Of a DNA stretch of 64,000 bases, positions 25,755-37,944 are shown one piece after another. Numbering within the stretch: the stretch's first letter is position 1; each line of letters begins with the position of its first letter. A program made the translations under genes and the position numbers. This stretch comes from Heptranchias perlo. Its lineage: Eukaryota. The notes under the pieces were generated by a model. It saw nothing but the letters and a program-made list of their open reading frames with translations. It searched no databases and was not told the DNA's origin. The stretch covers positions 5,456,001 through 5,520,000 of the forward strand of contig NC_090340.1 of NCBI RefSeq assembly GCF_035084215.1, read 5' to 3'.

Positions 25755-28700
25755 CGTAGGATCATACAGCGCAGAAGGAGGCCATTCCAACCAACGATCC
25801 TTTTTCGGTACTTTGATAGAACTATGCAATTAGTCCCACTCTCCTGGTCTTTCTCCATAGCCCTGCATTTTTTTTCTTTTTCAATTATTTATTCAATTCC
25901 CTTTTGAAAGTTAATAATGAGTATGTTTCCACCGCCCTTGTAGGCAATGCAGTCCAGATAAAAGAAAACGCACTGTGTAAAGAAAAAACTCATCATTCCC
26001 TCTGGTTCTCGAGCCTCGCCATATAACTGAAGTCCCCCGTACCTGGTATAAGTTTAGTCAATCTCTTCTGCACTCTCTGCAAGGCATTGACATTCTTCCT
26101 AACGTGTGGTGCCCAGAATTGGACACAATACTCCAGGTTTAGCCTCACCAGTGATTGATAAATGCTTTGTATATCTCCAAAAATCCGTTATGCTTCATTT
26201 ATGCCATACCAATTTCTGTATTAAATTTCAGCTGGAAGTTATTCCTGTTTTTCAGTTATTCTGCATATAACACTTACCAGTCCTGGATTCGATACCAAAT
26301 TGTAATTCACTTCACGGGGTATACCACTAGGCTCCTCCTTCTCCGTGCGGTTCCAAAATCCCTTGATTCCCTTACAGTACAAAATCTATCGATCTCAGCT
26401 TTGAATGTGCGAATCGACTCAACAGCCAAAGCCCTCGGCGGTAGAGAATTCCAAAGATTCACAACCATCTGAGTAAAGAAATTCCTCCTCATCTCAGACT
26501 TAAATGGCTGACCCCTTATCCTGAGACTATGCTTCCTATATCTAGACTGTCCAGCAAGGGAAAACAGCCTTTCAACATCTACCCTATCAAATCCTCTAAG
26601 AATTTTATGCATTTCAATGTGATCACCTCTCATTCTTCTAAACTCCAGAGAATTTTACTCAATCTCGCCTCATACGAAAACCCTCTGATCACAGGGATCA
26701 ATCTAGTGAAACTACATTGTACCGCTTCTAAAGCAGATATATCGTTCCTTAGGTAAGGACACCAAACCCGTACACAGTAATCCAGGTTTGGTCTCATCAA
26801 AGCCCTGGACAATTGTAGCAAGACTTTTTTACGCTTGTACTCCAACCCCATTGCAATAAAGGCCAACGTACCATTTGACTTCCTAATTACTTGCTGTACC
26901 TATATGTGAACGTTTTGTGTTTCGTGTGCAAGGACACACAAATCTCTCTGAACACCAACATTTAATAGTTTCTCACCATTTAATAACATTCTGTTTTTCT
27001 ATTCTTCCTACATAAGTGAATAAACTCAATCTCCCCACATTACACTCCATCTATCACATTCTTACCAAATCACTTAATCTGTCTATATCACTTTTCAGAA
27101 TCTTTGTGTCATCCTCACAGCTTACTTTCCCACCTAACTTTGTATCGTGGATGCGAGGTGTATCGAGGAAACTATTCTTCCGTCAGTTGCTGGATATATT
27201 GCTCGATTGGTGAAGGGGCCTGAGATTGACCGACTAAGTCGACCGTGTTTTTGTAATAAAATAGTGTTGGTTCAATATTTTTCATTGCTTACTTTCCTGT
27301 TCCAAACTTTTCAAACGTTTTTTCTTACATAATTACAAATTTCTTGACAGCTGTGCTCAGAATTTCGCAGATTCTGCATTTTTCTTCCATGGGCTTTACA
27401 CCTTCAGGGCCATATACAAACGATATGGAATTTTAGGATAGAAAGTTCCACACATTTGACAGGAGACCCCCTTGCAATAAAGTCCAACATACCATTTGCC
27501 TTCCCAATTGCTTGCTGTACCTGCATGTTAACTTTCCGTGCTTCGCATACATGGACGCCCGACTCTTTCTCAACACCAATATTTAATAGTTTCTCACCAT
27601 TTAAAAAACATATTTTGTTTTTCCATTCTTCCTACCAAAGGAATAACCTCGCATTTCCGCATGTTATACTCCATCTGCCACCTTCTTGCCCACTTACTTA
27701 ACCTCACTATTTCCCTTTGCAGATTCTTTGTGTCCTCCTCACGGCTTGCTTTCCCACCTAGCTTTTTATCGTCAACAAACTTGGATAAATTATACTCGGT
27801 CCATTCATTTGAATCATTAATATAGATTGTAAATAGCTGAGGCACAACACTGATCTTTGCTGCTCCCCACTATTTACAGCCTGCCCATCAGAAATTGACC
27901 CGTTTATTCCTACTCTATCTTTTCTGACAATTAACCAATCCTCCATTCATGCTAATATATTACGCATAACTCCATGAACCCTTATCTTGTGTAACAATCT
28001 TTTGTATGTCAGCTTATTAAATGCCTTCTGAAAATTCAAATAGGCGAAATCCACTCGTTCCCATTTATCTACCCTGCTAGTTAAATTCACAAATAAGTCA
28101 TAGATTTTTTCATAAAACCATGTTTGACTCTGTCTAATCATATTATGATTTTCTAAGTGCCCTGTTACCACTCCCTTAATAATGGATTCCAGAATTTTCC
28201 AGACGACTGATGTCAGGCCAACTGGCCTGAATTTCCCTGTTTTCTCTCTCCCTCTTTTCTTGACTAGCGGTGCTGCATTTCCTATCTTACAATCCGCTGG
28301 GTCCGTTCTCGAATCTAGAGAATTTTCGAAGATCACAACTAATGTGTGTAACATCTCTGCAGCCACCTCTTTTAGAACCCTAAGATGTAGGACATAATGT
28401 CCAGGAGATTTGTCGTCATTTTGTCCCATTAATTTCTCCAGTACCTTTCATTTACTAATATTAACTACTTTAAGTTCCTCACTCTCATTAGATCATTGGT
28501 TCCCCATAATTTCTGGTATGATTTTGTGTCTTCGATTGCGAAGACAGATACTAAATATTTGTTTAACATCTCTGTCATTGCCTTATTCTCCATCATAATT
28601 TCTCCTGTCTCAGCCACTAAGGGACCCACGTCTACTTTCGCTACTCTCTTCCCTTTTACATACTTGTAGAAGCTCTTACAATCTGTTTCATATTTCTTGC
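25755..28700 (-). mobile_element. Cluster of CR1 fragments (about 25755-26155, 26330-27145, 27465-28700)
   Basis: RT and C-terminal motifs RNFFTQMVVNLWNSLP, LDYCVRVW, SKFVDDKKLGG and FRPVGLTSVV. Confidence 0.85.
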
Positions 28701-29335
28701 ACGTTTACGAGAGCATGACAGCGAGTGATCTCCGGTGGACTGTGAAGCTCATCGTGAAAGAGTACAGTTCACTGAGATTACAAAAAGTAAATTTCATTAA
28801 CGGTTGAATTTATTCCTTGAATATGGGATGGACTTTTGTTACCTTGATACAATTGCCATTACTGATGAAGTATCATAAATTGTGGCCCCTAGTTTCCGTG
28901 GCAACGATTTTATTCCTGATTTCTCTCCAACCCCGGTGCAAGTTCCAACAAAACCGCGCACACGCGGTTTACACCGATGCTCTTCAGTTCTGCCGTCTCC
29001 TCTCAAATTTGGGTCCGGCTTTCAGAAGAACTGCCCGACATTTTAGGACCTTTCTATCCTGAAATTCCAAATCCTTTGTACACTGCTGTGAATGTGTAAA
29101 AGTCTGTCGAAGAATAATGCGGTATCTGGGAGATTCACCACAGCTATCAATATTTTTTTTAATTAGACAAGACAAAACGTTTGAAAAGTTGGAACAGGAA
29201 AGTAAGCAATGAAAATAATGACCTAACTCTATTTTGTTAAAAAATCACGGTCAATTAAGTCGGAAAAACTCAGGTCCCCTTCACCAATCTAGCAATAAAT
29301 CTGGCAATTAACGGTGGAATCGTTTCCTCGATACA
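27159..29335. repeat. Inverted repeat pair with arms of about 300 bp (about 27159-27456 and 29039-29335)
   Basis: TGTATCGAGGAAAC...CATTGCTTACTTTCCTGTTCCAA...AGGATAGAAAG is matched in reverse complement by CTTTCTATCCT...TTGGAACAGGAAAGTAAGCAATG...GTTTCCTCGATACA. The arms have diverged. Confidence 0.85.
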
Positions 29336-29504
29336 GAGGGGATTTAAATGCTAATGAATGTCACTTCAATCAGACCAGACGAATTATTTTTGAATGATTA
29401 TATCAATACACTTGGCAGGTGAACATCATTGGCTCAGGCAATGAATCGTAGTTTGGTGTTAAGGTTTGATATATGTAACTTACAAAAGGATTGTTTATTT
29501 CCAG

Positions 29505-29613
29505 ACGATTTGATGCTGATGAAAACCACGGCTTAGAATACTCCAAGAGTTAACATGAAAAGGCAATTTCTCAGCAACGAAGAGAATCACAATATTTGAA
29601 CGTGACCGGTTAG
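29505..29613 (+). pseudogene. Candidate vestigial cytoplasmic-tail exon with tyrosine motifs
   Basis: Acceptor TTTATTTCCAG. The phase-2 frame reads RFDADENHGLEYSKS*HEKAISQQRRESQYLNVTG*. AATAAA follows at 29821 and 29887. Confidence 0.5.
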
Positions 29614-31049
29614 GATGGATCCTCGAAACGGCCGCAATCCCTTATAACTTGAATCGGATCATGTAATGGACGTCAATGTTGGAGTAAATCTGGTCTGTAT
29701 GTTGTTAAAAAAGTGACCGCCAGTAACAGTCCGCCAGCATATGAAAATGTTCCTCAATTTTATTGAAAAAGCTTCAGAAAGGGTTTTCTGGTTGCTATGT
29801 TTCAACACACTTTACATTTAAATAAACTGACTACTACTGTCAGGCCTACACTGAAATGTATGTGGCGACAGCATTAATTTAATTGAAATAAAATGATCCA
29901 ATGCTTGGTTATACAATAAGCGGCAGATTGAATATTTCAGAGAAATTTGAAAAGTACAGTTGCAGATTATTTCTTGTGCGAAGTTTAATCGTAAATGGGA
30001 TAACTCGGAATAGGTTTATCAAATTTCCCAATATGTATAAAAGTAAAAAGCCAAGATCTATTCATTGGACTTCACAAGACGAGTGCACATCGTTTTATAG
30101 AAGGTCTTCTTGTCGTTGCCACCATTTACAGAGACGAGTGGCCTACGGTTTGGGAAGCACAGCTGCTCTATATGCAAATGGGGAAATATTGGATTTGCCG
30201 TTGATGGTAAAGGTGCAGATTAGTTGAATACGCCGATGTATGCCTGGCTAAGACAGTTTTACAAATAGGCACATTGTACAAATAGCCGAATTTTTGAATG
30301 CGGAAACTACTTCAATTGTCATTCATTATGGTCAACATGCAGTGCTGTGTGAAAATTCAAACTGGATCTGTGTGCCATAATCATAGATACAAAATGGTCA
30401 TGCCTAGCAAAAAACAATATTTGTTTGTGTCCTGTGTTGTGTGGATTGATCAGGATTGAAAAATGGAGGTTAGGCGTGAAAAGGTGAAAAGATGAAATTG
30501 GGAGCAACATTTTTCATTGCCCAATGTCTCGTCAGTAGACCATGAAAGTACATTCTGATCGTACCAAGATAGTAGGGCTATCATGAAATTAGATTTGATT
30601 AGTATAACCTGATCTGTCACACTGCCTGCCGATGTTACCGTGCACGTTAGGCACTCATTTCCTCTCCTTTGAGTCCAGCGAACGGTAAGTTCTTGGACAC
30701 AACAGGCATGAATAATGGTTCAGACTTGGGTGTGAGTATGATTTTGGGTGATAATGTAAAACGGACGACATCATGGAGAGGAACATGTGGAGAGATGTGT
30801 AACGTGCGGCTGAATCGATATCGCCCGATTTACACTATCAACTCCTTCAGTGGCAAAATGCTGACTTGGACGTTTTGGAAGAGGGTAACCTGGGCATCGC
30901 TTAAGTCTCACGAGGACAGGTTGCATAAACTTGCTTTGTATTGGTGTGAGTTTAAACGTTGAGGGCTTATTTAATTGATGCGTTTAAAATCATGAAGGGA
31001 TTCAATAGGGTAGATACTGATAAGTTATTTCCTCTGGTGGGGTTTGTTG

Positions 31050-33185
31050 ACCTCCTTCCTTCTATGGTTCACCATAACCGCTTCGAGTAAGTTCGAGACA
31101 CTTGATAGTTGAATAATCGGAACAGACTGTGGATTGTGTATACAGTATAGGCTTGAGATGCTCTTCCGACAGTTGGGTCAAGGACATTATCTTCTTCTTT
31201 ACCCAGCAACAAAGGGTTAACATGATAATCAATAACAGGATCTGTAAACTCACGATGCAAACGATGGGGTGCAAAACATTATTTGAAACTCCAGGCTAAC
31301 GCAGTCAAACCGAGCAACGACTACCACTGTGGCTGCTTAATATCATGTTCTATTCTCCTTTGGATCAACCGTATCTGATCTAAGTCGTCTTTAGTTTCCA
31401 AATGAGACTTCCAATCAATATCATTTAACTTATCCAATTCCTTCTTCACATGCTCAATATCTGTTAATTGGCTTGATATTTAGTCCCATATCCGCATTAA
31501 TAATCGAATAGTAATAATCCCCTACAGTCTTATTCCAATTAAAGCATTGTGCAACAGAGAACGAGGAACACTCACATATGCATATCGAACATAGCGTGCA
31601 CAAAACAATACATATGGTATAGTCTGACAATCGATCATATCGATGGCTACATTATAACACTTGGTTCTGAAGTATAACAGTCTATGTTCAGCATAAAATA
31701 ACATGGGCCTCACTCGTTTCCGCAAATGGGTTACAGTCACCCGAGTTACGTCCTCCCTTGTAGGCTGAATGGTTGGAAAGCATATCCATTTAAAGTAATT
31801 ATCCAGGCAACTTGTCACATGATACTGTGAAAAACTGCCTGTTGTGGTAGCAATGTCTGATCCCCAGCCTTTTTGGTCCGTAAAAATGTATCGGAAACCC
31901 CGTATTATCAGTCCTACATCAACGTATGGTTATAGCATTTCTTGGGTACCACACTGTGGAATTCACCAGAATTTTTATTTCCGTGCACAATCAGAACTGT
32001 AGAACACAGGAGGGTGAATTATCAATCGCAAACTGGCTAACGTTACTAGAGAGTTGACTCCGAACACAATAGGGTAGGCGAATGCTTGTGGTCTGTTGTA
32101 GCAACATTTTGTAGCTATCCATGATAACTTGTGTACCGAGACAGACGACAACCCAAGATACCTGCTTAGAAGGGTTAAAGAATTCGGAGTCAATGATCTC
32201 CATATTTTCCCATAAACCCTGTGATTCAGTCATTGACATGTTTACAAGCTCATGAGCCATGTCTGATTCAGCCCGGGGGGCACCTTTAATAGAGTAGACA
32301 ATTGCTCGTAGATCTTTACTCAAAGCTTGTAGTTGTTTCGCTAGGACCTCATTACTCATAGCATTAAGCGATGCCGTTCCCAGTCCTACTCCGGTCGCTA
32401 GGGTGTCCAGAAGATCACGTTTTACCCTAATTTGAACGCTGGATAAGGAATGTGAACAATTAACACACTTCCATGACACATCAAACAAAGAAATGGATAA
32501 GAAGCATGCACTATTTTCCAACACATAACTTGATACAATATACGATTCAGGTGGAGCAACGAAAAAATAAGACCTGACCTGATTTGGGCCACGCACATGT
32601 CGCGCGATGGCATTGTTGTACCACTTCCCGGTACAGCAGTAGTGTAGGTATCCACATTAGGGCAGCGCAAAGGGTTCACACTTATGGAGCCGACATCCTT
32701 TTACCTGCTGTTCCACACAGCATGTCAGGACAGTGGAAGTGTTACACATAACCTCCCAATATTGCCTGTGCACGTATGTGAAGTAAATACAGATATTCAC
32801 GGCAATATTCCACTGTTGGTTGAAAAATGTGTACGCGTCAGAGGTTTTATTATCATGCCACCACGCAGTGAGCAATACAATGAGGATGGTTCCATCATCA
32901 GCCAGTCACCAGACCACACCACATGGAGCCGGGCCCTTTTTGTGAACGATCTCATAATGGACATTTATTGTAACCAATCATAATAACCCCTACATTCCTC
33001 AGTGTACAGCTGAATAGACCGTACATGGGACAGTCTTCTTCGTATACGTATCAAGCCTGAATCGTTAATTAATTTACACCATTAGCATCCTGGCCTAAAT
33101 ACAACAGTAAGATAACACTCTCCTCGCATTTCCTTTTTGAAAGGATCTTGAGCCTGCCGTCCACAACTGATCTGTTGATTGTCAA
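31050..33185 (-). pseudogene. env: Orphan endogenous retroviral envelope (class I fusion protein), disrupted
   Basis: Furin site RVKR (32417-32428), then the fusion-peptide-like DLLDTLATGVGLGTASLNAM and a heptad (EVLAKQLQALSKDL). A Cys-rich ectodomain follows, then a second heptad (HVKKELDKL...IRLIQRRIEHD), W*SLLG and the TM LHPIVCIVSLQILLLIIMLTLCCWVKKK. Several frameshifts and stops. Confidence 0.85.
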
Positions 33186-33224
33186 AACATCTCACCGAGC
33201 CATTATACCAATGCAAAGTCTAAT

Positions 33225-33325
33225 TTCCCACTCCAGAGACTTGAGCACATAATCTCGGCTGACACTCCAGAGGAGTACTGAGGGAATGCTGCACTGTCCG
33301 AGGTGCCGTCTTTCTGGATGAGACA
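33225..33325 (+). mobile_element. Deu-domain SINE fragment (AmnSINE1/SacSINE1-like)
   Basis: GACTTGAGCACATAATC...AGTACTGAGGGAATGCTGCACTGTCCGAGGTGCCGTCTTTCTGGATGAGAC resembles the DeuSINE core. Recognised from memory, not aligned. Confidence 0.65.
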
Positions 33326-33327
33326 CA

Positions 33328-33805
33328 CGAACATACAAATTAAGAGCAGGAGTAGGCCATTCGGCCCCTCGAGCCTGCTCCGCCATTTGATAAGATCATA
33401 GCTGATCTGATTTTGTCCTTTACCCTACTTTCTCGTCTACCTACTATAAACTTTGACTGCCTTGTTAATAAGGAATCTATCTAACTCAGCCTTAAAAATA
33501 ATCAATGATCCTACCTCCACCGCTCTCTGGGCAAGACAGTTCCTCAGACTCACCACACCCTGAGTGAAAAAAAATTCTGCTCATCTCCGTCTTAAACGGG
33601 AGACCCCTTATTTTTAAACTGTGGCCCCTAGTTCTAGTCTCTCCCACAAGTGGAAACATCCGCGTCGCATCTAACCCTTCTTGTCTCCTCAGGATCTTAT
33701 ATGATTCAATAAGATCACCGCTCATTCTTCTAAATTTCAATGTATACAGGCCCAACTTGTCCAATCTTTCCTCATAAGATAACCCCTCATCACAGGAATT
33801 AGTCC
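33328..33805 (-). mobile_element. CR1 LINE 3' fragment
   Basis: LGLYTLKFRRMSGDLIESYKI...TRGHSLKIRG, with a 3' UTR like that at 16020-16115. Confidence 0.85.
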
Positions 33806-34738
33806 AGCTGGATATTTATTTGATTGGCTGCCCATTGTGGAGTGATTTTGGCGCGGAAAAACTGAATGAGATGCTATGGTAATATCAAAGGCATGAAATT
33901 AGCCTTTAAAAAAACTATAGCTGAATTGTCCTTTGAAAACAATTTGTGCCTGGAATTTTCGCGAGGACTCTCCAGATCTCTAGGGTCGGAGATCAGCGAA
34001 ACTCCCAAGAAGTGGTACAATTCGCAAATAAAAATTGAAGCAAAAAAGGCTAAGGTGTATTTAAAATGAAATATCTTACATGAGTTCAGCTATTAATTTA
34101 TGGTCGTGACAGAAAAGTAATTTCCAATAAATGAATGTGATAACATTTATCAAATTAACGGGTTGACGGGCCCCTCACATTTTTGTAACTATCCTTCCTG
34201 TAAAATAAATGTCCAAATAACCTCATTGCAGTGAACCTGTGGAAAATAATTGGTAAGCGTTCCTTCATAGTATACATTTTACTATTCTACTCGTTGGAAT
34301 GTTAGATCTGTTCCAGTATCGTTCCATTCAAGAAAGTGATCTAAGTGTCTATTCTCCTTTGCAAAGATGAACCATTGTTGCGATTTATTTTGAGAAACGC
34401 AGACCTGATAGTAAATAAACGTCAAATTTTACAGCTTTAAGAACACGGGATCCTTAAAAATTAATGTGCGTCCCATCGGTATCCTGTCCATACCCTAAAG
34501 AACACGAAATCACCCCTGGTGAACAGAGACAACATTTGATAATTGCCGTTTTCGCAGTTTCTCTGTCATTTATACCGATCTCAACAGATTCGGGGTAAGA
34601 ATGGTAATAGTCTTATGGGATTTCATTGCTTGGGTTTATGAACGCACTGCATAAGTTTTTTTCTTGCAGGAACACAATCCACTCACATTTCCGTAGGGGC
34701 TTCGCCGATCTCCCGCCGTAATTTAGATGGATCAAGTC

Positions 34739-34904
34739 ATTTTAAATGTGCGATAATGTAAATCGGGCGATATCGTACGGCCCGCCGGTCAGAAACCTAA
34801 CTGGATTTCCTTTTCCATTGAAGTCAATGATAGGAAAATGCGACGAGGTGTACAGCAGGTGACCGATCCCATATCGCATGATTTACATTATCACTAAAGT
34901 TAAA
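34739..34904. mobile_element. Palindromic MITE-like element; paralogous copy at about 59419-59581
   Basis: GATAATGTAAATC (34752-34764) and GATTTACATTATC (34880-34892) are perfect inverted repeats around a CATTGAAGTCAATG centre. Confidence 0.7.
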
Positions 34905-34944
34905 ATCATCCGATGATCGGCAGAAACCCTAGAAAGTTGGTGTT

Positions 34945-36580
34945 AGAGACCAAGTTTGGGAAATAAATATTCCAGGATACTTGACATTCCGAAAAGTCAG
35001 GCAGAGTGGAAAAGGAAGGATTGTAGCCCTGATAATAAAGGATGACATAAATACAATGGTGAGAAAGGATCTTGGCTTGGATGATCAGAAGTAGAATCCC
35101 TATGGGGTGGAAATAAGAATTAATTATGGGCAGAAAACACTGGTGGGTGTAGGCTCCCAAATAGCAAGTATACCGTTGGACAGAGTATTAATCAAGAAAT
35201 GGTAGGAGCTTGTAACAAAGGTAATGCAATAATCACGGGTGACTTTAATCTACATATAGACTGGACAAATCAAATTGATAAATGTAGTCTGGTGGGTGAG
35301 TTCATGGAATGCATTCGAGACAGTTTTCTAGAACAATACATAATGGAACCAAGCAGGGAACAGGGGATTTTAGATCTTGTACTGTGTAATGAGACACGAT
35401 TAATTAGTAAACTCACAGTAAAGGGTCTCCTGGTGCAGAGTGATCAGAAAGTAATAGCATTTCACATTGAGTTTGTGAGTGACCTACTTAAGTCCGAAAC
35501 TAGAGACTTAAACGTAAATAAAGTCAATTACATAAGTACGTGGGGCGAGTTGGCAAAGGTAGACTGGGAAATCAGATTAAAGGGTATGACGGTATATAAG
35601 TAATTGTAAACATTTAAATAAATATTTCACTATTCTCAATACATACACATTCCTTGAGAAATTAAAACTCCACGTCAAAAGTGATTCATCCTTGGCTGAC
35701 TAAAGAAGTTAAGGATCGTATTAGATTAAAAGAAGAGGCCTATCATGTTGTCAAGAACATTAGCAACCTGAGGATTGGGCGAGTGATAAAAAAGGGAGAA
35801 CATAGAATGTGAAAGCAAACTAGCACGAAATATAAAAACGGATTGTAAGAGCTTCGACAAGTATGTAAAAAGGAAGAGATTAGCAAAAGTAAACGTTGGT
35901 CCCTTAGAGGCTGAGACAGGAGAAATTATAATGGGGAATCAGAAAATGGCAGAGGCGTGAAACAAATATTTTGGACCTGTCTTCACAGCAGACGACACAA
36001 GAAGCATACCAGATAAAGTGGGGAACCAAGGGACTATTAAGAGTAAGGAACTTAATATAATTAATATCAGTAGAGGAAAAGCACTTGAGAAATTGTTGGG
36101 AATAAAAGCCGATAAATTGTTTGGACTCATGGCCTACGTCCTAGGGTTCTAACAGAGGTGGCTGCAGATATAGTGGATGCATTGGTTGTGATCTTCCAAA
36201 TTTCCCTAGATTCTAGAGCAGTTCCAGGCAATAAATGCAACCCCACTATACAAGAAAGGAGAGAGAAAACAGGGAACTACAGATGGTAGCCCGACAACAA
36301 TCGTCGGGAAAATACTGGAATCCATTATTAAGGAAGTGGTAACAGGGCACTTAGGATATCATAATATGATTGGGCAGAGTCAACCTGGTTTATTGAAAGG
36401 GAAATCGTGTTTGGCAAACTTATTAGAGTTTTTTGAGGATGTAACTAGCAGTGTAGATAAAGTGGAAGAAATGGATGTTTTATATTTGGATTTTCAAAAG
36501 GCATTCGATAAGGTGCTACATACAAGGTTGTTACCGAAGATAAGGACTCATAGGGTTGTGGGTAATATATTAGAATATAA
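34945..36580 (+). mobile_element. CR1 LINE ORF2 fragment (APE through RT N-terminus)
   Basis: IITGDFNLHIDW, ILDLVLCN, GKSCLANLLEFFE and YLDFQKAFDKV motifs. Confidence 0.88.
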
Positions 36581-37944
36581 AGGCCTAGGAAATGGTTCAG
36601 AACATGGGCATTAGGTTGATGCCTAGTCGGTCCGTAGTTACGATAATAGTGTTGAGGAGATGGGTGTTTTTATAATAGAAAGGTGTTTGCTTTGGGAAGA
36701 TTTGATTCATGTCTTTAAATAATGAAAGAATCCGATTTGGTCCATTTGGATAGGCTATTGGAGTTACACAAGTTCGTAACGCCCAAGGGACCTGTGTAAG
36801 TTTCACCCGAGTAGAAACATGTTAGATACCTGGTGGTATTTATTTTCAAAGAATCGTCAACGTTTGAAACACGTTGTGGAATGATTACGACAGTATGTAA
36901 CTGGCATTGGGGAGCTGCTGCTCTATTCCTGTCCTTCAAGTTCGCATGTTCGACTTCTAATACAGTAATGGCCCTATATCAAAGTCTGACAATTACTCAT
37001 GAACTGCTACTGAGCAATATATTCTCAAATTTCCTCGGGAGCTCTGCTCCAAGCGCGAGGACCAGCATTGATGCAGGTACTGGTAGAACAGAGTCCTTGA
37101 TAGGTGGATCATTTTTTCATGTGGGGTTCACAATCTCCCGCCTTAATATTGCTGGAAATTCCGGAAGAACGTCGGAAGCGATCCAGACAACCACCACGTA
37201 GATCACAGGCGTTTGCAAATCCATCAGGCAGTGTCTTATACTGGCAGCAAACTCTATCATTTATCCGCCAGCTCCATTTCTTCTGGTATACCTAATTGTC
37301 AATCTACACTTCCTACAATTCAACTTGCAGTTAACCAGAAAAAAATTGGAAGGCTGCAGCAGAGTGACTATTTGGAACTTTTCTGTCCAGATCAGTGAAT
37401 TTGAAAGTAGAGGTCTGGACCAACCGAACGCTTCCTTTGCTTATAGGCAGTGCAACGTGGCCTAGAGAGAGTAAAAGACTGAGCTTTCTTGAGTTCAGGG
37501 CACGCCTCGGACAGAACTTCTGCACATCTCATCTGTGACTTTTTTAATGCAGATGTTTATTCATCTAGAAATCTCCAGCTATCCCAGAAAAAAAAACTAA
37601 CACCTTCAATTCATTTGGGGCACACTAGAAGTCCATTTTTGACGCATGTATCCAATTGATTAATTGACCCTCCCCGTTAAATGATAATCTGTTAAACACC
37701 TATATCCTGTCCAGTGACGGAAAGTCTGTTATTTTTGTGCTCTTCAAACTGAGGGACGTTATTACTCAGAAATCCCGTTCAATTCTAGTCATCTGACGTC
37801 AGCATTAAGCACTCTCGTGTCAGGTGCAGCACAGGTAGATGGGCAGTAGACTGTTCCCTACTCTGCTACAAGCTCCAAAAACCGCCGCATTTTTTTATCC
37901 TTATTATTTATCAAACGAACAGATGTCAGGATAGTCTCCATTCG

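Noticed and set aside
31050-33185. env as a domesticated (syncytin-like) gene, or as part of the 1-5310 provirus
   Set aside because: It has multiple stops and frameshifts. It also lies on the wrong side of that provirus's 5' LTR, 26 kb away.
36600-37700. Unexplained non-LINE stretch with short ORFs; faint resemblance to a Myb/SANT-like transposon protein on the minus strand
   Set aside because: There are no convincing motifs or splice structure, so I cannot support a call without a search.
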